Assembly: GCA_048537945.1 (NCBI GenBank)
Contig: CM108483.1
Location: 9,914,715 to 9,978,714, forward strand
Direction of reading: 5' to 3'
Source of the DNA: Mnemiopsis leidyi
Lineage: Eukaryota
Length of the DNA stretch: 64,000 bases
Shown: positions 49,659-63,890 of the stretch, in pieces
Position numbering within the stretch: position 1 is the first letter of the stretch
Layout: every line of letters starts with the position of its first letter
The notes under the pieces: generated by a model
What the model saw: only the letters and a program-made list of their open reading frames with translations
Database searches by the model: none
What the model was told of the DNA's origin: nothing
Position numbers and translations under genes: made by a program

Positions 49659-52600
49659 CTGATTTGAAGATGAACATGGAGAACTGGTCGTCGGAGTATG
49701 GCAGCTCGACGACCCTGATCTTGTCGCCGTAGCTAGTGTAGTCCTCCAGGACGCCCACGTTCAACAGGGTCGTTACTTCGAAGGCCTCGACCTCACGTTC
49801 GCTTCTGGAGTACGTGGTTGGACGCATTAAATGGCTGATGAAAACAAGTCACTTGGTGTTGTATGGCATGACGGCATGTGTTAGATTTTGTGCTAAAAAT
49901 TGAGAAATCTGCACTTTAACGCATTTTCAAACACCGTAGGTGTGATAATTTTATTTTGAAGTGCAAATATTCTGATTTACAATTCGTCACGGTAACTGAA
50001 CAAACCTGAAATTTCTGTAGAAAGTTATCCTTTTTTGGCCGTTGCTCGGCACCTTGAAACTCCATGTTCCGTTGAAATAGACGGTGTTGACAAAAAGGAG
50101 CTCAGAGATGGACGTCTCTTGTAACACGTTGTCCAAGAAGCCGTGGCTGCTTTCTCTGATGAAATCGGACACGTTGAGCCAAGCGTGATAAGGATCAGCC
50201 TCAAAGCGGACTCCCTTCACACTGACGTTGTAGTACTTTGCAGCTTCTTCCACAAAAGATCGCCGGGAGGTGGCCTTCTGGCTGTCGTAAAAGACCCTGA
50301 AATGAGGTCATTTTTGGAATTAGAAAGATCTGGGAGGGTCTGACACGCTCGGCCACCTCTTTCTCTCTCTCCGAGCAAAGGATTCACCAGGATTCACCAG
50401 GATTGGGGTTTCTTTGGAATCCCGGCGTTAGTGGCTTCATCCTTGACATTTGTTAACCTTGGAAAGGATCCGTAGTCTTCAGAGAAAAATGAAGCCGTGT
50501 TTTAAATCACTTTGAGTCTTACAAACCCACTTCACGAGCTATTAGCTTAATGGCAGACTGATTGACTATCAGTAAGAATTGTTCCCAAGGGAGCCGGCTT
50601 TATACTAGCGTCAGTTCTTTCTTGAACCAAACAGGTCGGAAAAATGAGAAGAAAGCAAAATGCAATAGGTAAACATGTTTAATGTAACTCACGCGTTAGC
50701 GGCCTGCAGTGAAACACCGTCGTACTGCATGAGAGCACACTTCATGAGAATGTGATCATGTTCAGGCGGGAAGTAGAGGGGAAACTGGAGAGTTCGCCTG
50801 ATCTCCTCCCGGGTCCTCCCGGCAGCTCCCAGGGATAGGAGCAGCATGATGTTCATCACACTGAAATTTAGATGTTGAGGAATAAGTTTAAAAATATTGA
50901 ATTTTGATTTAGATGCTGAGGTAGGATAAGATAACAATGATCTCAATAAGTACCCTTGTTATTTTTTCCTGGTGATTAGAGACGCTTTGGCATTTTAGGC
51001 GTAAATCGTTAGTTTTAACCTCGAAGGTTAACCTACCAAGTTTGAAACTTTTTTCTGAAGGATGATTTAGCGTCTTATTGATACTCAAAGATGTAAAATT
51101 ACTGTGTCATGGGTAATAATAGTTTTGATTTAATTTGCCTAATGCTATAGATTCTAAGAATTTTAAAATCAAAGGTTATATAGGAAACCAGACTGCCGAT
51201 TTCGAACAAATAAATTTGGATTAAATTATAAAATTATTTTCCTAGTCATAACGATTGTGGTGCATGAATTACTCTTAAGTCTTAACATAAACAAAGAGAT
51301 GCTTCTAAATTTTATCTTGTTACAGAAACCACCACTGACTAATCAGCAATCTCCAAATTACAAACTTATAAATAGCTTCAAAAGTTCTACGTAGCAGTAT
51401 TCGCACAATGATGGTCTTGATCACTCATTTGTAAGTGTCATTTCATCACGCCTCCACGAATCTTGTACTTTCCCGCGCAAAACCAAAACTATTTTCTTGC
51501 ACGTGAGCTCTCTGTAATCATTATGTGGATTTGGAGTTGATTGGGTGCAGAGGAAACACTTGCCGTGAAGAAGAGTGCCCTCTTCAACAGAAGGGACTTC
51601 ACGACCGCTATTTTTACCGTATATGTGCACGAATAATCTCCCCCTCAATAGCCATCATGTCTTCTTGTAAGTGTCTTACCCCTGAACTTATCCGCCCATA
51701 AATTGTGTCCTTACGGCTGGAGGTTTAGATTTTAATGTAAATTAATGTGACGCATGTTGTGTGCAAGATATCGCCTGTCCTGCACGGTCGGCCATGTTAG
51801 CTAGAGAGATATCGCATGATGCGATATTCAGACTAAAAATAGAGCACCTTTTTTTACAAGTCTCTATTCAAATATCGATACGCTTGCTCGAGCTCGTGGC
51901 TCATCTACCACGCAAAAAACGTGAATAGTTCTGGGAATTATTTAAGAAAAATCCTGATTTGTCGCGGCGCAGCCCGATAATTAACCGTGTTAAAAATTCG
52001 GCTTCCCGACTTCCACATTCCGCAGCCGAAACATCGACGTTCTTCGGGAAGATTCACAGTTTTTAACATGTTAATCTTATAGATAGCAAGTGTTTTGATA
52101 ATGCCATTTAATGTTAGGATGAGGTTGTAAGGTGTCGCCATTGCAGTAGGCATTGTAATGTGTCGCGGAGTTTTGGAGTTAAAGTGATATACCGAAAATC
52201 GGAGAGTTTCTAGAAAGTAGTACGTGGTACTGTGCGGGCTGAAGAAATTTTAGTTTGACAGATATAACCGTATAACTTTAGTTTTTTGGATTCTTTATAA
52301 AAAGAAAGATTGACATATATTTTAAAATTACTCAGTCTATAATCTATATTTTGTTATTCTGAAGTCATGGTTATGGTCCCTAAATTAAAGTCTTTGCCTA
52401 ATGATTGGTATGATATGAGAGATTTCGCAATTTTGTTTTACGTCTTGAATCTGCAATCTTAACTTTTGCCCCAAAAGTATTGAATACTGCAATAGGAGGA
52501 AATGTTCGCAAAGCGGAAAATCTTACGATAATAAGTATTTTGTAAATTCAGAATATCAAACAATTCCCCCTTTCCAAATTATGATTCGATATCAATTTGA

Positions 52601-53577
52601 ACTCCTACAAAGTCTTAAAAATGAAAGATTTGTCAGTGGTACGATTCTATGAATTCAGAATACCTACTTACTTTATAAGATCAAAACAACGAGCTTAAGC
52701 TGTGAAAATAAAACTAAGGGTTGAATTGGCAACGGGATCGTTGTTAAATTTATTTGCTTCAATCTACAAGTGTCTGTATGGTGTACGGCTGCATTTTGAC
52801 GAAATCCTAGAAATAGTTTTCCCAACTCTCAATGCTGTCCCTTCGTTCGGTAAAAGCTATTGCCAAATAACCAAACTGTTAGACGGATTTCAATTTACTT
52901 GTTTTAAAAGTCACCCAGACAGTTCACATAAAGCCGTCATAAATTCCCGAACATATCCATGAACGTTATGCATCAGCTGGTACAGAGGTTTAAGCCAAAA
53001 TTAATATCTTAACCCATGACCAAGAGACTACTTACTGTCTACTTAAAGGTTTCATAGCACGTTAAGTTCTAGGGGTAATTTGGGTTGAACGAAAATGGTT
53101 GAACATGATATTTTGATTGGGTAGTTCAAATAGAATCACAATTTGTTCTGCTTTCATGTATCGGATCTTTACTTTAAGATGATGCATCAAAGCTTTGAAA
53201 TTGATCAACGATATGCTATCCCGAACTTTTTGTGCCATGTACCATGGTGCTTACTATGTTGTTCCAACTTGAACTGCAATGCAAGGATCTGACTGTAACA
53301 CACTCTTTACAGAGTTGAATGGTGTTATATGTTATTTTTGCCCTACCTTAAACAAAGTTGTATTACAAGTAGTAAGCTTACCATCATCCTTCTCACCTGA
53401 ATGGAGAAATGACCATGTTTTCTGGGACGTGAGACTCAGCTGCTAGATTTCTCATAAGCTCAAACGCAAAGTTGTGCGAGTTGATAGCCAGGCCACACTT
53501 TTCGTTTCCATGCTCGTAAAATCCGGGTCTGCAACACTTGCTACACAGATCTTTTATACGGGGATCCTCTTCGATTT
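49659..53577 (-). CDS. Serpin (serine protease inhibitor superfamily) gene. The four 5'-most recognisable coding exons are given here. The 3' exons are unresolved.
   Basis: Exons on the - strand are 53397..53577 (..CGLAINSHNFAFELMRNLAAESHVPENMVISPF), 50693..50860 (SVMNIMLLLSLGAAGRTREEIRRTL...ALMQYDGVSLQAANA), 50006..50296 (..AAKYYNVSVKGVRFEADPYHAWLNVSDFIRESSHGFLDNVLQETSISELLFVNTVYFNGTWSFKV..) and 49659..49834 (..VVELPYSDDQFSMFIFKS). Phases are consistent (1,2,2,1). Motifs NIFFSP-like, FVNAIYFKG-like and ELPY..SM.I.LP are serpin hallmarks. The downstream region 49381..49658 has only weak serpin similarity (LLSWTTKQV resembling LTEWTSSNV). Confidence 0.6.
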
Positions 53578-56500
53578 CTGGATGGAATAAAATATGTTGT
53601 AAGCTCTCATTTATTCAAAGAGAAATGAAATATTCAAAGTTTTTCTAGTTTAGTCTCAAGGAAACCATGAGCTCATGAAGTTAGACTACATTTCTTTCTT
53701 TAATGCTATCGAACAGCCTTACTAGTTACTAAACTTATATTCTACGTCAGTTATTAAATCTTGACGCCCTAATTATTTATTGCTAAAATTCTGGCAATCA
53801 TGAACAATTCAAATTCATGAGCATGACCGAATCCTACATTGATCACTGATGTATCGACGATTGACGATCACAATTTCTTTACGAGAAAAAATATTTCGAG
53901 GCACGGAGTTATATTATTATATGACGATGTAAGATAATTGAAATAACACTAATAAGAAAAACTGTTGCACACGCTTCCAAATCTCAATCTTTCAGGATAA
54001 GCGTTCGATTTTTATGCTGCATTAACTTGGCTTGACCTATTGTTATTGTTTTTTCTTTACCTATCCAAGAGCCCTGTCAGGCGTCAGTCAACTAGTTACC
54101 CCGTCAATGAAATTTACTTAAAGGTGACAATAGCAATAAATGTTTTTGGAAGGGTGTGCTACATAGCCAAATTTGACAAATTTCCCATTCTTTAGTTAAG
54201 ATATCACGAGGTTCATAGCCGATCAAACAGAGAAGGCTTAGAGCACAAATAAGTAAGTTAAAAGATTTTTCAGCTTCTTTAATAAGCTATAGATTAGCTG
54301 TCAATAATTTATACTCTCTAACTTAATATTTGCGACATAAATTGCTATAATTATAAAGGCTGGGCTCGCAGTAGTTCAATGAAAAAAGTTAACAAAACTA
54401 TGATTTAATCTTCTAGAATGTAGAACTTTATAACGAAGGGGTGCCGCCTAAAAATATTGGTGTCCGGTGCAGGAGACAGAAAAAAGTCCAGAAAATTAAG
54501 GTAGAGTTAACAGATATTTACCTTGGCACTTGTTTTAAAAATTCGGCCTTCTTCTTTAGAAATTTTAAATTTCTATAAGTTTAACACGACAAAACTTGAC
54601 TTAAGTTTAAAACATGTGACGTCTTCAATCACTCAATTATTGAACGGACTTTGCGACTTAAACTACAAAAAAGCTCGATTTCAATTATCAATACTCGGAA
54701 GATACTGATAGCACATTTCACCAACCTGATATGTCTTTTTTTCGTTCTACGTGATTGGATCTCCCTCGATAACTTGTGATTCGACGGCCAGATGTTGAGC
54801 TGAGGATGAATACCACCAAAACCAATACCTTAATAATCCGAAACATGATTTGTCATCTGCCGTAAAAACTGTTTTAGGTTAGTGAATGGCTCCCCATCGT
54901 CACGTTGATGTAAAATAAATGAAAACAGAGGAAATATTATTTCCTACTACGGTTGCTTATATCGGTAAATCATAAACGTTGCTTCAAATCTTTTATAAGT
55001 AAACATCATCGCCTGCAACTTTAGTACGAAAATAGCATGCTTCCACAATTTAACAAGACCAAGTCAGCCAGTCCACCTTAAACAGCAATATAAACAAAAT
55101 AACGAGGGAATCTTCAAGAATGGAGATTGGCAAGGACAGGTAGAAGAACTAGAAGAAAACGAAGTAACAAATAACAGTCGGATACCACTGGGGCAATCTG
55201 AATCAGTCACACCAAGGACGTATCTATTTTTTAGTCAGGCTAACACTTAGACAAAGTTAAAAAAGCGGAGCAAAGCCTTCAGCAAGGCAGCTTTATTTTC
55301 CAGGACCAGGCTAACGCAAACAACTTATCTTTGAGCTTTAAAAGATGAGGTTGGGCATGTGTGCCAGGAGAGTGCCATATAATAGGGGGACCCCGCGATG
55401 ATATCTCTGACGAAGTGAAAACTGGAAACAATTGCTGTTAACGAATTAGCGAGCGGTGATACTGGTAAGAGCGATAATTGTCCCGAACTATGCACACTGG
55501 CAGCTGCTAGTTACAAAATTAGGAACCCGCACAAAACTCGCATTCTTATTGCGGCAGCATCACTTGAAGTTCAAGCTTCAATGGAAATACGGCCCGATTC
55601 CACGCTCAGGGAACAATCATGTGATCAGATTGTAACTGAACTAGGCCCGCCAAAACGAGACACACGCATCCTAAATGCTATATTTCTACTTGAGCTGAGC
55701 GGGCAAAAACACGTGACCCAAATCATGCCCAGGAAGCCAAACGCTGGCAGTGCATATACACTTTCGGACTGTAACTGGCTCTATGTTGGATTTTGAGTTA
55801 TTTCAAGAATTCCAACCTGTTCCACCAAAGTAAAGCGATGGGAAGTCTAGTGGACACGTCGACAAATCTGGGCAAGCAATGTGTGAGAATGTGGCCCGCC
55901 AATCAGTCACTCAACGCTTAATTGATTCTGACAACGGTTTCACCTTCATCGCTTGTAGTCATAGCTGAAGGATATGTATAGCAGTCCAGATTGCGTTGCT
56001 CTGTTGAAGCACTTCCAAAAGGAGAATTAGCGGAATTAAAGTCAATTGTGATCAAGGAACAGCTTCCTGGAGCTGCACTTGATGCTGGTATAAATGAAGT
56101 ACAAGATAGAAACAGGAATCGGTGAAAGGCATCTCCTTCAAGGCGATGCTATAAAAATATATGATAGACCGAATCAATGGTCGAACCTCAAAGGCTTCGG
56201 TCAGTCGACCCCTCCTCGCAAACGAATCAAACGAACACATCTGCAACATTTGAGGTGTTTAAGAATCGGAAACAAACGCTCGGTAAGGGGTCCATTTACG
56301 GTGGTGACTTGATAATTCCCGGGAAAAAAGGAGCCGAGCATGAACTAATTGGAATGTGGCAAGTTTTGTCTGGTTCTGGCGAGAGAGGATCCCGCAGCTC
56401 GCTGCTCGAACTACTACTATACTATTACTAGTACTACTTTCCTTGCTCCCCGCGTGTTATGTCACGTAGAAACTGGTGCACTTGGTGTTTAACTCGGCGA

Positions 56501-59500
56501 GACAAAACTGAATGAATCAAATTGTTGAAATACCGTTTCAGCGGGTTGGATGCACCCGAGGGATTTGCTCACAGGTGACGCAATGTCGATGCCCAGTCGG
56601 CTGCAACAGGGAGGACATCTTATAAAAACTGAATCCGACTGTAGATTTTTGAAACGCGCCTCGACTATGCAGTGAGCATAAAAACATTGCATTGCGAACA
56701 AACGTAGTTGCGGTGCTGCAGGCACTAAAATGAAGGGTTTATCATTCCAGAATTGAAGTCAAGCCACGGCTTGGTCTCGAAGACCAGTTCGAAATGTGAG
56801 TTTTTTAACAAGTATACTGACAATCTCTTTGTCTCGGTATTTCCCAGAAATAGCCGAATGCCTTGGGGCCTCACTCAGCGGATAGAGATTCTCTGATGTT
56901 ACGATACGGTGCTGGAAGGTATTTACTCCCCCCTACATCTTTCTAATAACCGGCCACCCCACTGGCATGTGAAGTATGTTCCAGTAGGAATGTACTAGGC
57001 ACTAACGAGATATCCCCCAGCAAGGGTTCATGCTACACAACTGAATTCTTCCCCTCCCATTCCCCAGGCACAGATCAAACCCTACGTGGGTCTCCGGGTC
57101 CGGCCCTTCAGTTTGGCAGCCAAGCAGGAAAAATCGATTTAACCTCGTTTAACGAGCAATAAAACGACTGACTAACCTAGTAATGTTAGTGCTGGCCCAG
57201 ATACCGGCAAGGAAAGACGCTGTAAGTCGAAGAGAAAGAAGCCGGTCTAAAGGGTGGGAGGTGTGGCCCCCAGACGGGGGATATGTTACAACTTCCAGCG
57301 AGTCCCACATGACGCATCATCAATATATGGAGACAGCGAGTAGGTGGAAAAGGTCCCAGAACGGCTGAGAAGCTCTATTACGTCTACACATTAGGTTAGC
57401 AGTTAGGACAAACCACCGGGTACACTTTGGGATAGCCTTGTGACTGATGGAAACTGTTTAGTGTCCGTCGCCCAGCCTGTTCGTCATTTCTTAATGTTTC
57501 AAGATACTTCGTTATGTCTAATTAAATTGTTGTCTGCGCAGATAGATAGTTGTAAGTTATAACCCATATACAGTGAAACCCCTTTTTCTGCGGTGCAGTT
57601 ACCCCGTATATTCACTTTCAACAGGTCATCGTTAACTTTTGGCGGACTATGATCTGTTAGCTTTTCACAACAATCAGGGATAATCTCGTTTGAGATTTTA
57701 TCAGTGTTTAAATATAGCTCCATCCTGTCGGCATTGTATGGAAATGAATCGTGTCAGCTCGGTTCAAGGAATCTGGTAGATCCACTGCCAACGGCATTAG
57801 TACGTGAAACTTTCCCAAAAATGGCCCTTGTAGCACAAAATTACAGTCCTCTTTGTAAAACGATATATCTCTTGCCAATGAAATATTCGTGAGTGTCCTA
57901 TGACCGTTTAAGAAATACGAGTACTAATACCAGCAGTCACCAAGAAACTGTGGATGGGTCAATAGATTTCATATCAGCAGTAAACTTTCTACTAAGTCAA
58001 GCGAAACGCACGAGACATCACAAGTATATACGAAATTATAGAAAAGACTAGGAGGCCCAGTAATCAGCAGCGCGGGCAAACTCTTTTGCCTGACACCTGA
58101 AAAGCTTTAGTTACTTTCGACTGAACAAGCTAACAAGATACTTTTACAAACTGCTGGTTGATATAATATTAGCATGCGGTATTGGTGGCACGAGCCCTTT
58201 GACATGCGGCAGGGCCAGGCGCTGCCGCAATCTAACTTAGAGTAGCGGTATTTTTAGAACTAAGTTTTTATCCTCAAATGCTGGTGCGATACGGCCATGA
58301 CAATATTGACAGCTACCATGGCATTGTTAGTTCAAGTCCGGGACCGTGCGAAACAATTAAAAATCTTGTATGAATTCCATAATTTCAGTTAACAGCAAGC
58401 TACACCCTTTAACGGGGTTCTACTAGGAAGCATTACGATCAAAAGCAAGCAACGTCTGTAAATCATAAAAAGCACCGATTGACCATAGCTGTACGGCTAA
58501 TCCTTGCAGATCAAGAATATATGGGGATAGATAATGACTTGTATCGATAAAAACTTTACAGAGAAAAAAAGTTTACAGGACACGAGCCGCAAAGCCAGTC
58601 TATTTCTATGTCTACAAATTTCCTGTGGAGGAACAGGGCCTGCAGGGGCTGGCTTGCCATGAATCAATAAGATCATGCACTAGCGAGTATGTAATCGGAT
58701 TATTGGAGATCCGAACCTCATTAACAACAACGCAGATCTATGTCAATTTTCATTGCTATTTCTTGCATTAATCGTAAATCAATATAGAAGTAAAAGTTTA
58801 ATAGCATCTGAATTAGGTCACGAAAATCCAAAAAAGTTAGTTATTGTGCTGAATTCTGTACCAGTATAACCTGTAAGATTCGTCAGGCCTATAAGATAGA
58901 TGGCCGAGTCTAGTCGATCTCAAAAGTTAGATTCTCATAAGATTGGGCGATTTGATGGTTAAGAAAGTACATTAGCTACTATAGTTTATCTGAATGCCTC
59001 TGGATATTGCGTGTGTGAGAATCGTGTTTGATTGTAAGCTTCGCGTTTATCTAATAATTACATATGGGCTATGGTAGGGGCATTTCAATTAAGCAAAGTT
59101 CAATTACTGAGAATTGAGAAAAAAATTTGACTCTAACAAGATTAAATGAAAGTACATAACAGAACACAGATTCTTTACAAAATAACGTAATTACATAAAA
59201 CCGTAAAGATTTGTTTACCCTGTGATCAAATATTATATTGAATGTGTCGTATAACAATCATACCAGACTGGAAATAAAACTTGTATGATTATAAGCCATA
59301 ATTATTCAAACTTTAGTGCCTAAAATTGTTCTAATTTCAAAAACAGATTCAACAGTTTGTCACAGAACATTGAATTTGACCGGCCTTTCGTGTTATAGCC
59401 CCTGTCTAGACTTCCGTAGAATTCAATGGAAATATTGACATTTGAGCAAAATATTGTATTGAAGAGAGCCTCAAAAAGTCGCTTATAGAAAGTCCGATTT

Positions 59501-62500
59501 AAAGTGACCTAAGAAGTCGTTATTTTCATGTTCTTTCACTCTTAAATTAGCATGACATTGGCCATTTGTCTCAAAATGGATCAATTGTATTCATCCATTT
59601 GGAAAAATTGATGAAATTAGTGGCTGGCTGATATCTTTTGTGGCAATCTCATCATTTGTCCGAAAAATTCAAAAAGTTCAAATTTGCGGCTGGTAAACAC
59701 CCTCAAACTTCAAATTCATGACATATCAACTCGACAGGTGGCACAGATCCTTAAATTTCTTTATCAACTCAACCTTATAACGAACAAAGCTGTTTCACTG
59801 CATATAAGCATAAATCGTTAATACAAACATAAATGCATCGTGCTAGGTACAACAGGCAACAGCAGGTTACATTTGATTGACGGATACTGCGAATCTCTCA
59901 ATTAAATCTGTGACAAAACGCTCAGATACAGTAAGACTGATAGGTAAAAACTTAACTGTTAAAAATCCATATCTAATTAATTCTGCAGTAGGTAAGTACT
60001 TAACGTTGCCTGACATTTTAACAAAAATTGAAATTCAGCAATAATGCTTAACATTCTCAACTTGGCAAGCATTAGTTGTTAATTACTGTGGGAACTTGAA
60101 TTTATCAAAGGAAAATAAAACTCAAATATTTAAGAAAACATCGTCAAAAGTTATCACTACCTAGACTGGCAAGTGGCAAGTAAAAAAGTAAGGTTTCAAT
60201 CTCAACCAGATTCCCGAGTGTTGAGACACTGGTAGCTGCATTCTCCCTCTATAACTGTCTGTCTCTAATCTTCTCCTGAGGAAAGTCCAACTTGAAGAAG
60301 TAGAACAGGAATCCTCAATTTTTTCCAAGTGAGGACTAGGTGTCGTAATCATCACTATCTCAAGAATGTACTTGTAGAAAATTTGTTGAGATGGTCGTTC
60401 AGAGAGCGGAGTGTAATTCTCAGCCGTCGACAGCCTGCCTTCGTTGTAGTAAGACTGAAACTTTCGTTGCCATGCACGTAATGAAAAATCTGAATTTTTG
60501 TCTCTGGTTTACTTAGGGTCCATCAACAATTACACTTACCGGATATTCCTGTCAAATGTCAAATTCAATTGGTTACGTAAGTGTGAACAAATATTGTTAG
60601 AGTGGAATCTTATTTTGACCTCTCTTTTTGCCAGGTTTTTTGTCAAACGTATTTCATCATCCCTGATGACATAATTTTCTAAAAATGACGATGTCATAGC
60701 TGTATAGCTCAAAAAAAAGTTTTTGTTATCAATTTTTTTAATCTTTAAAAATAAACAGAAGTCTAGTTTACTTTACAGACGGTAACAATTATCAAATTGG
60801 TATAATGAGGATGATTGTAATTATCCTACACTGGAGTAATTATCATGCTCACTATGCTAACAATACTCTCAATATCCTGGATCCACGTGCTTTAACTACT
60901 ACCGGTAATTGGCACACGGCACAGCATTGCTTCGACGCAGCTCAGCGTCATGACTCTCGCTGCATTTATTTATGCTATGGCAACTATACCGTATATGGAA
61001 TAATGCCTGCTCTTACTAAGCTGTTGTAGAGCAGGTACAGGCTCCAGTCTCCTCATATTATGTTCTCTCTAGGTTGCCTGTAGAGAACACACACGCAAGT
61101 TTATGTACTTGCAGCTCTCTATAATTAATGTATTAAAATGTATTTCGTTTAAACTTACTCGCCACTTGTTGAGTCCTAAATACATTTCTTACAGCGTACA
61201 ACACACACCGGACTTTTTCACAGCTTTACAAGGTATATTTAGACTTATATGAAACTGGTAAGGAGTCTGTATAATTTCCTATTTTCTGGGTATGTAAATA
61301 TGTAATACTATTTTTGCCCGCTTCTGTGCCAATTAGGGATATATGCTGTGTGGAACTGCCTAGATCCAGTTCCAGTGTGATCCAGGTCTTAAATGTTATC
61401 AGATATTGCTTCTTTGTCATTAGCGTGTTCTTATCGATTGGCACTCCTTTTAGTTACCGGATTTCGGTATGATTTAAACTTGAGCGATGATATAAAACGC
61501 GCGTGTTTGGCTTGCTGTGATCATTAATTGGCACAGCTGATGGCTCTCTATTCGTTGATAGTTTCTTGATTCTTAATTTTCTCATCCAATTAGCCACTCA
61601 TCAGTGCAACTACAGTTCATTGTCAGTAATTAGAATGTTTAATTTTCTGAATATTACACTATTTTTGGCTTTATACTGATGGTTGACGTACATTGAGTGT
61701 TTGACTTGCACTTGGAGTTATACCCACCATGCCATGATACTTTGACAAACTTTTTCTTTTTTTTTCTTTCAACAAGATGAAAATGTTTTGATGCATCCAA
61801 AACTCAAAAGTTCCAAATTACAGTTGAAAAAGCAAAATCGTGCCTTGAGTAAGTCATAGTTGAGTAAGTCATAGTGAGTTGAGTAAGTGATAAAGTGTAC
61901 TGAACAGTCAATGTATTCGACTACCTCGTACTGCCTACATCTGCAGCTGTCGTGTACAATAATTATTAGAGCTATCCATCCTCGCCTCTTACACGCTCTC
62001 TCTCTCATAGCAGCCGCCATCTAATCGGTAATATTGACATCTCTTTCGCTTTACGTGTATAGCTCTACTGGTATAGTACCAGATGTAATTGTCTCATTGA
62101 CGGATTTTAATTGTGTGCCGTTTTTAAAACTTGGGTCCCTAATTTTTGCCAAGACCATGTCCGGTGCAGTAGGAGTACTGGACTATCAATACTTATACTC
62201 TTATAGTTGTAGAATGATTATATGACTCTCTTGGTGTATACTGTACTATAGCATGTACTATGTCAGCAAATATATTGGACTTTTTAATGCTTTCTTGCCT
62301 TGTCTCCAAGAACTATGTGAACTTATGTCTCGTCTCCGAGACTCGTTATAATTACCTTTGTTTCAAATTTGAGGAAACCTTCAGTTTCTTACTTACTCGA
62401 CATTATGCCTTAGAAGTGCTATGTAACTTAAATTACTATTAGTGACTACGAAGAAATTTTCTCTTTTATGAAGGAGTACCTGATTTTATTCACGTATCAT

Positions 62501-63213
62501 ACATTGTCAATGTGCTGTCAACACTTGCCATCTAAACTTGATTTAAAGTCATTCTTGTCAGTTTGTTTAAAAAAAGTGGCCTATAACATTTTTTCGACCA
62601 AAATAAAGCCTTCGCCTTCTCCATACATTATTGGTGCTCAATATAGCTGAAAAGCTTGCCAAGCTAGCACATCGTGACACTGCTTTGATTGATAGGATAC
62701 CCGGCAATTCACAGAATACCCAATAATTTACAGCAAAAATTTTGCTAATCTCCGAAAATTTTCATCTAATAGATGACAGTTTTTTGTCATTTTTTCGGGG
62801 GCAATATTAAGAGGCAATTATTTGTAAATTATGGTACAATTTAATAGATGAAATTTATTGGCACTAGCCGGAAACTGTATCCCTCTTATTACACCTGAGC
62901 GATTTGATCATTTGCACAATACAATCGCGGCCGCGCCTCCACACTAAAGAATCGCAGTACGATCCTTGACCTTTGTGATCATTGTCCTGCTTATTTCTGA
63001 GTCTCCTCTTGCTATAACTTCTAGTCATGTCATGATCCTTTTTTTGTACTCGTAGTCATATGGCTTCGAATTGTAAATTGTTGTCTGAATGATCAAAAGT
63101 TTTCGTTGAAATTTAGAGATCATCGTCGTCATCGTGATTGCGTCAACTGTTTCAATTGACACAAACACACAGCTCGACAGGTGCAGTATGTGACATGTCG
63201 CTGGAGGGGCGGA

Positions 63214-63890
63214 ATGAGCGGATACAATGTGAGCATCCCTGAAAGCGAACCACCGCTCTATCAGCTCCAGGACAACGGCTACACCGTGATATGGGCTCCC
63301 ATCCTCTTTGCCACAGTGATTGCTCTTAGCCTGGTGGGGATCTTGGTGCCGTTGTGGGAGTTTCTGTTTCAGAGGGTGAGTTGGGGGATGGAGGGAGTGC
63401 GTATCTGCCGGTACTGTTGTCACGTTGCACGGACCTGTCGCGCCCCAGGATCCCTGTCCCGTTTGTACGGGGAGAAGGAATGCTTTCCATTAAACTTTTA
63501 GCGTTGAGATTCGCATGCAATTAGGGGTTTAATGGTACTATCTCAAATATGTTCCAGTAGCGAGGTAACGCCATTTCATTAATGCAGGTATTTATTTAAC
63601 AGATCTCAGAAAAAAGTAAAACAAAGGTTTTCCTTCTCGGACCAGGTAGTTAAACCTGACTATCTGACCACGTGACCGGGGTCTGACCGACACTGTCCTC
63701 TTTCAGAAGCCGTTGAGGAGACACGTCAGCGTGGTTTCACTCTTTGACGATGGAGCGGAACTGGAACACGTCAGTGAAATAAACCCGGAGATCAAGATGG
63801 AATTGGCTAGGATGCTGGACGAGCCGAGTCGCGGAGGCAAGGGATGGAGGGAACTGGCCAACGAACTCGGCTATCAGTATGAGATCAAAG
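63214..63890 (+). CDS. 5' part (2 exons) of a single-pass transmembrane protein with a cytoplasmic death domain. The gene continues beyond the window.
   Basis: Exon 1, 63214..63375 (donor GTGAGT), encodes MSGYNVSIPESEPPLYQLQDNGYTVIWAPILFATVIALSLVGILVPLWEFLFQR: a short ectodomain with an N-glycosylation site, then a transmembrane helix. Exon 2, 63707..63890 (acceptor ttcag, donor GTTAGT, phase 1), encodes KPLRRHVSVVSLFDDGAELEHVSEINPEIKMELARMLDEPSRGGKGWRELANELGYQYEIK. The W-R-x-L-A-x-x-L-G pattern is typical of the first helices of a death domain. Confidence 0.5.
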
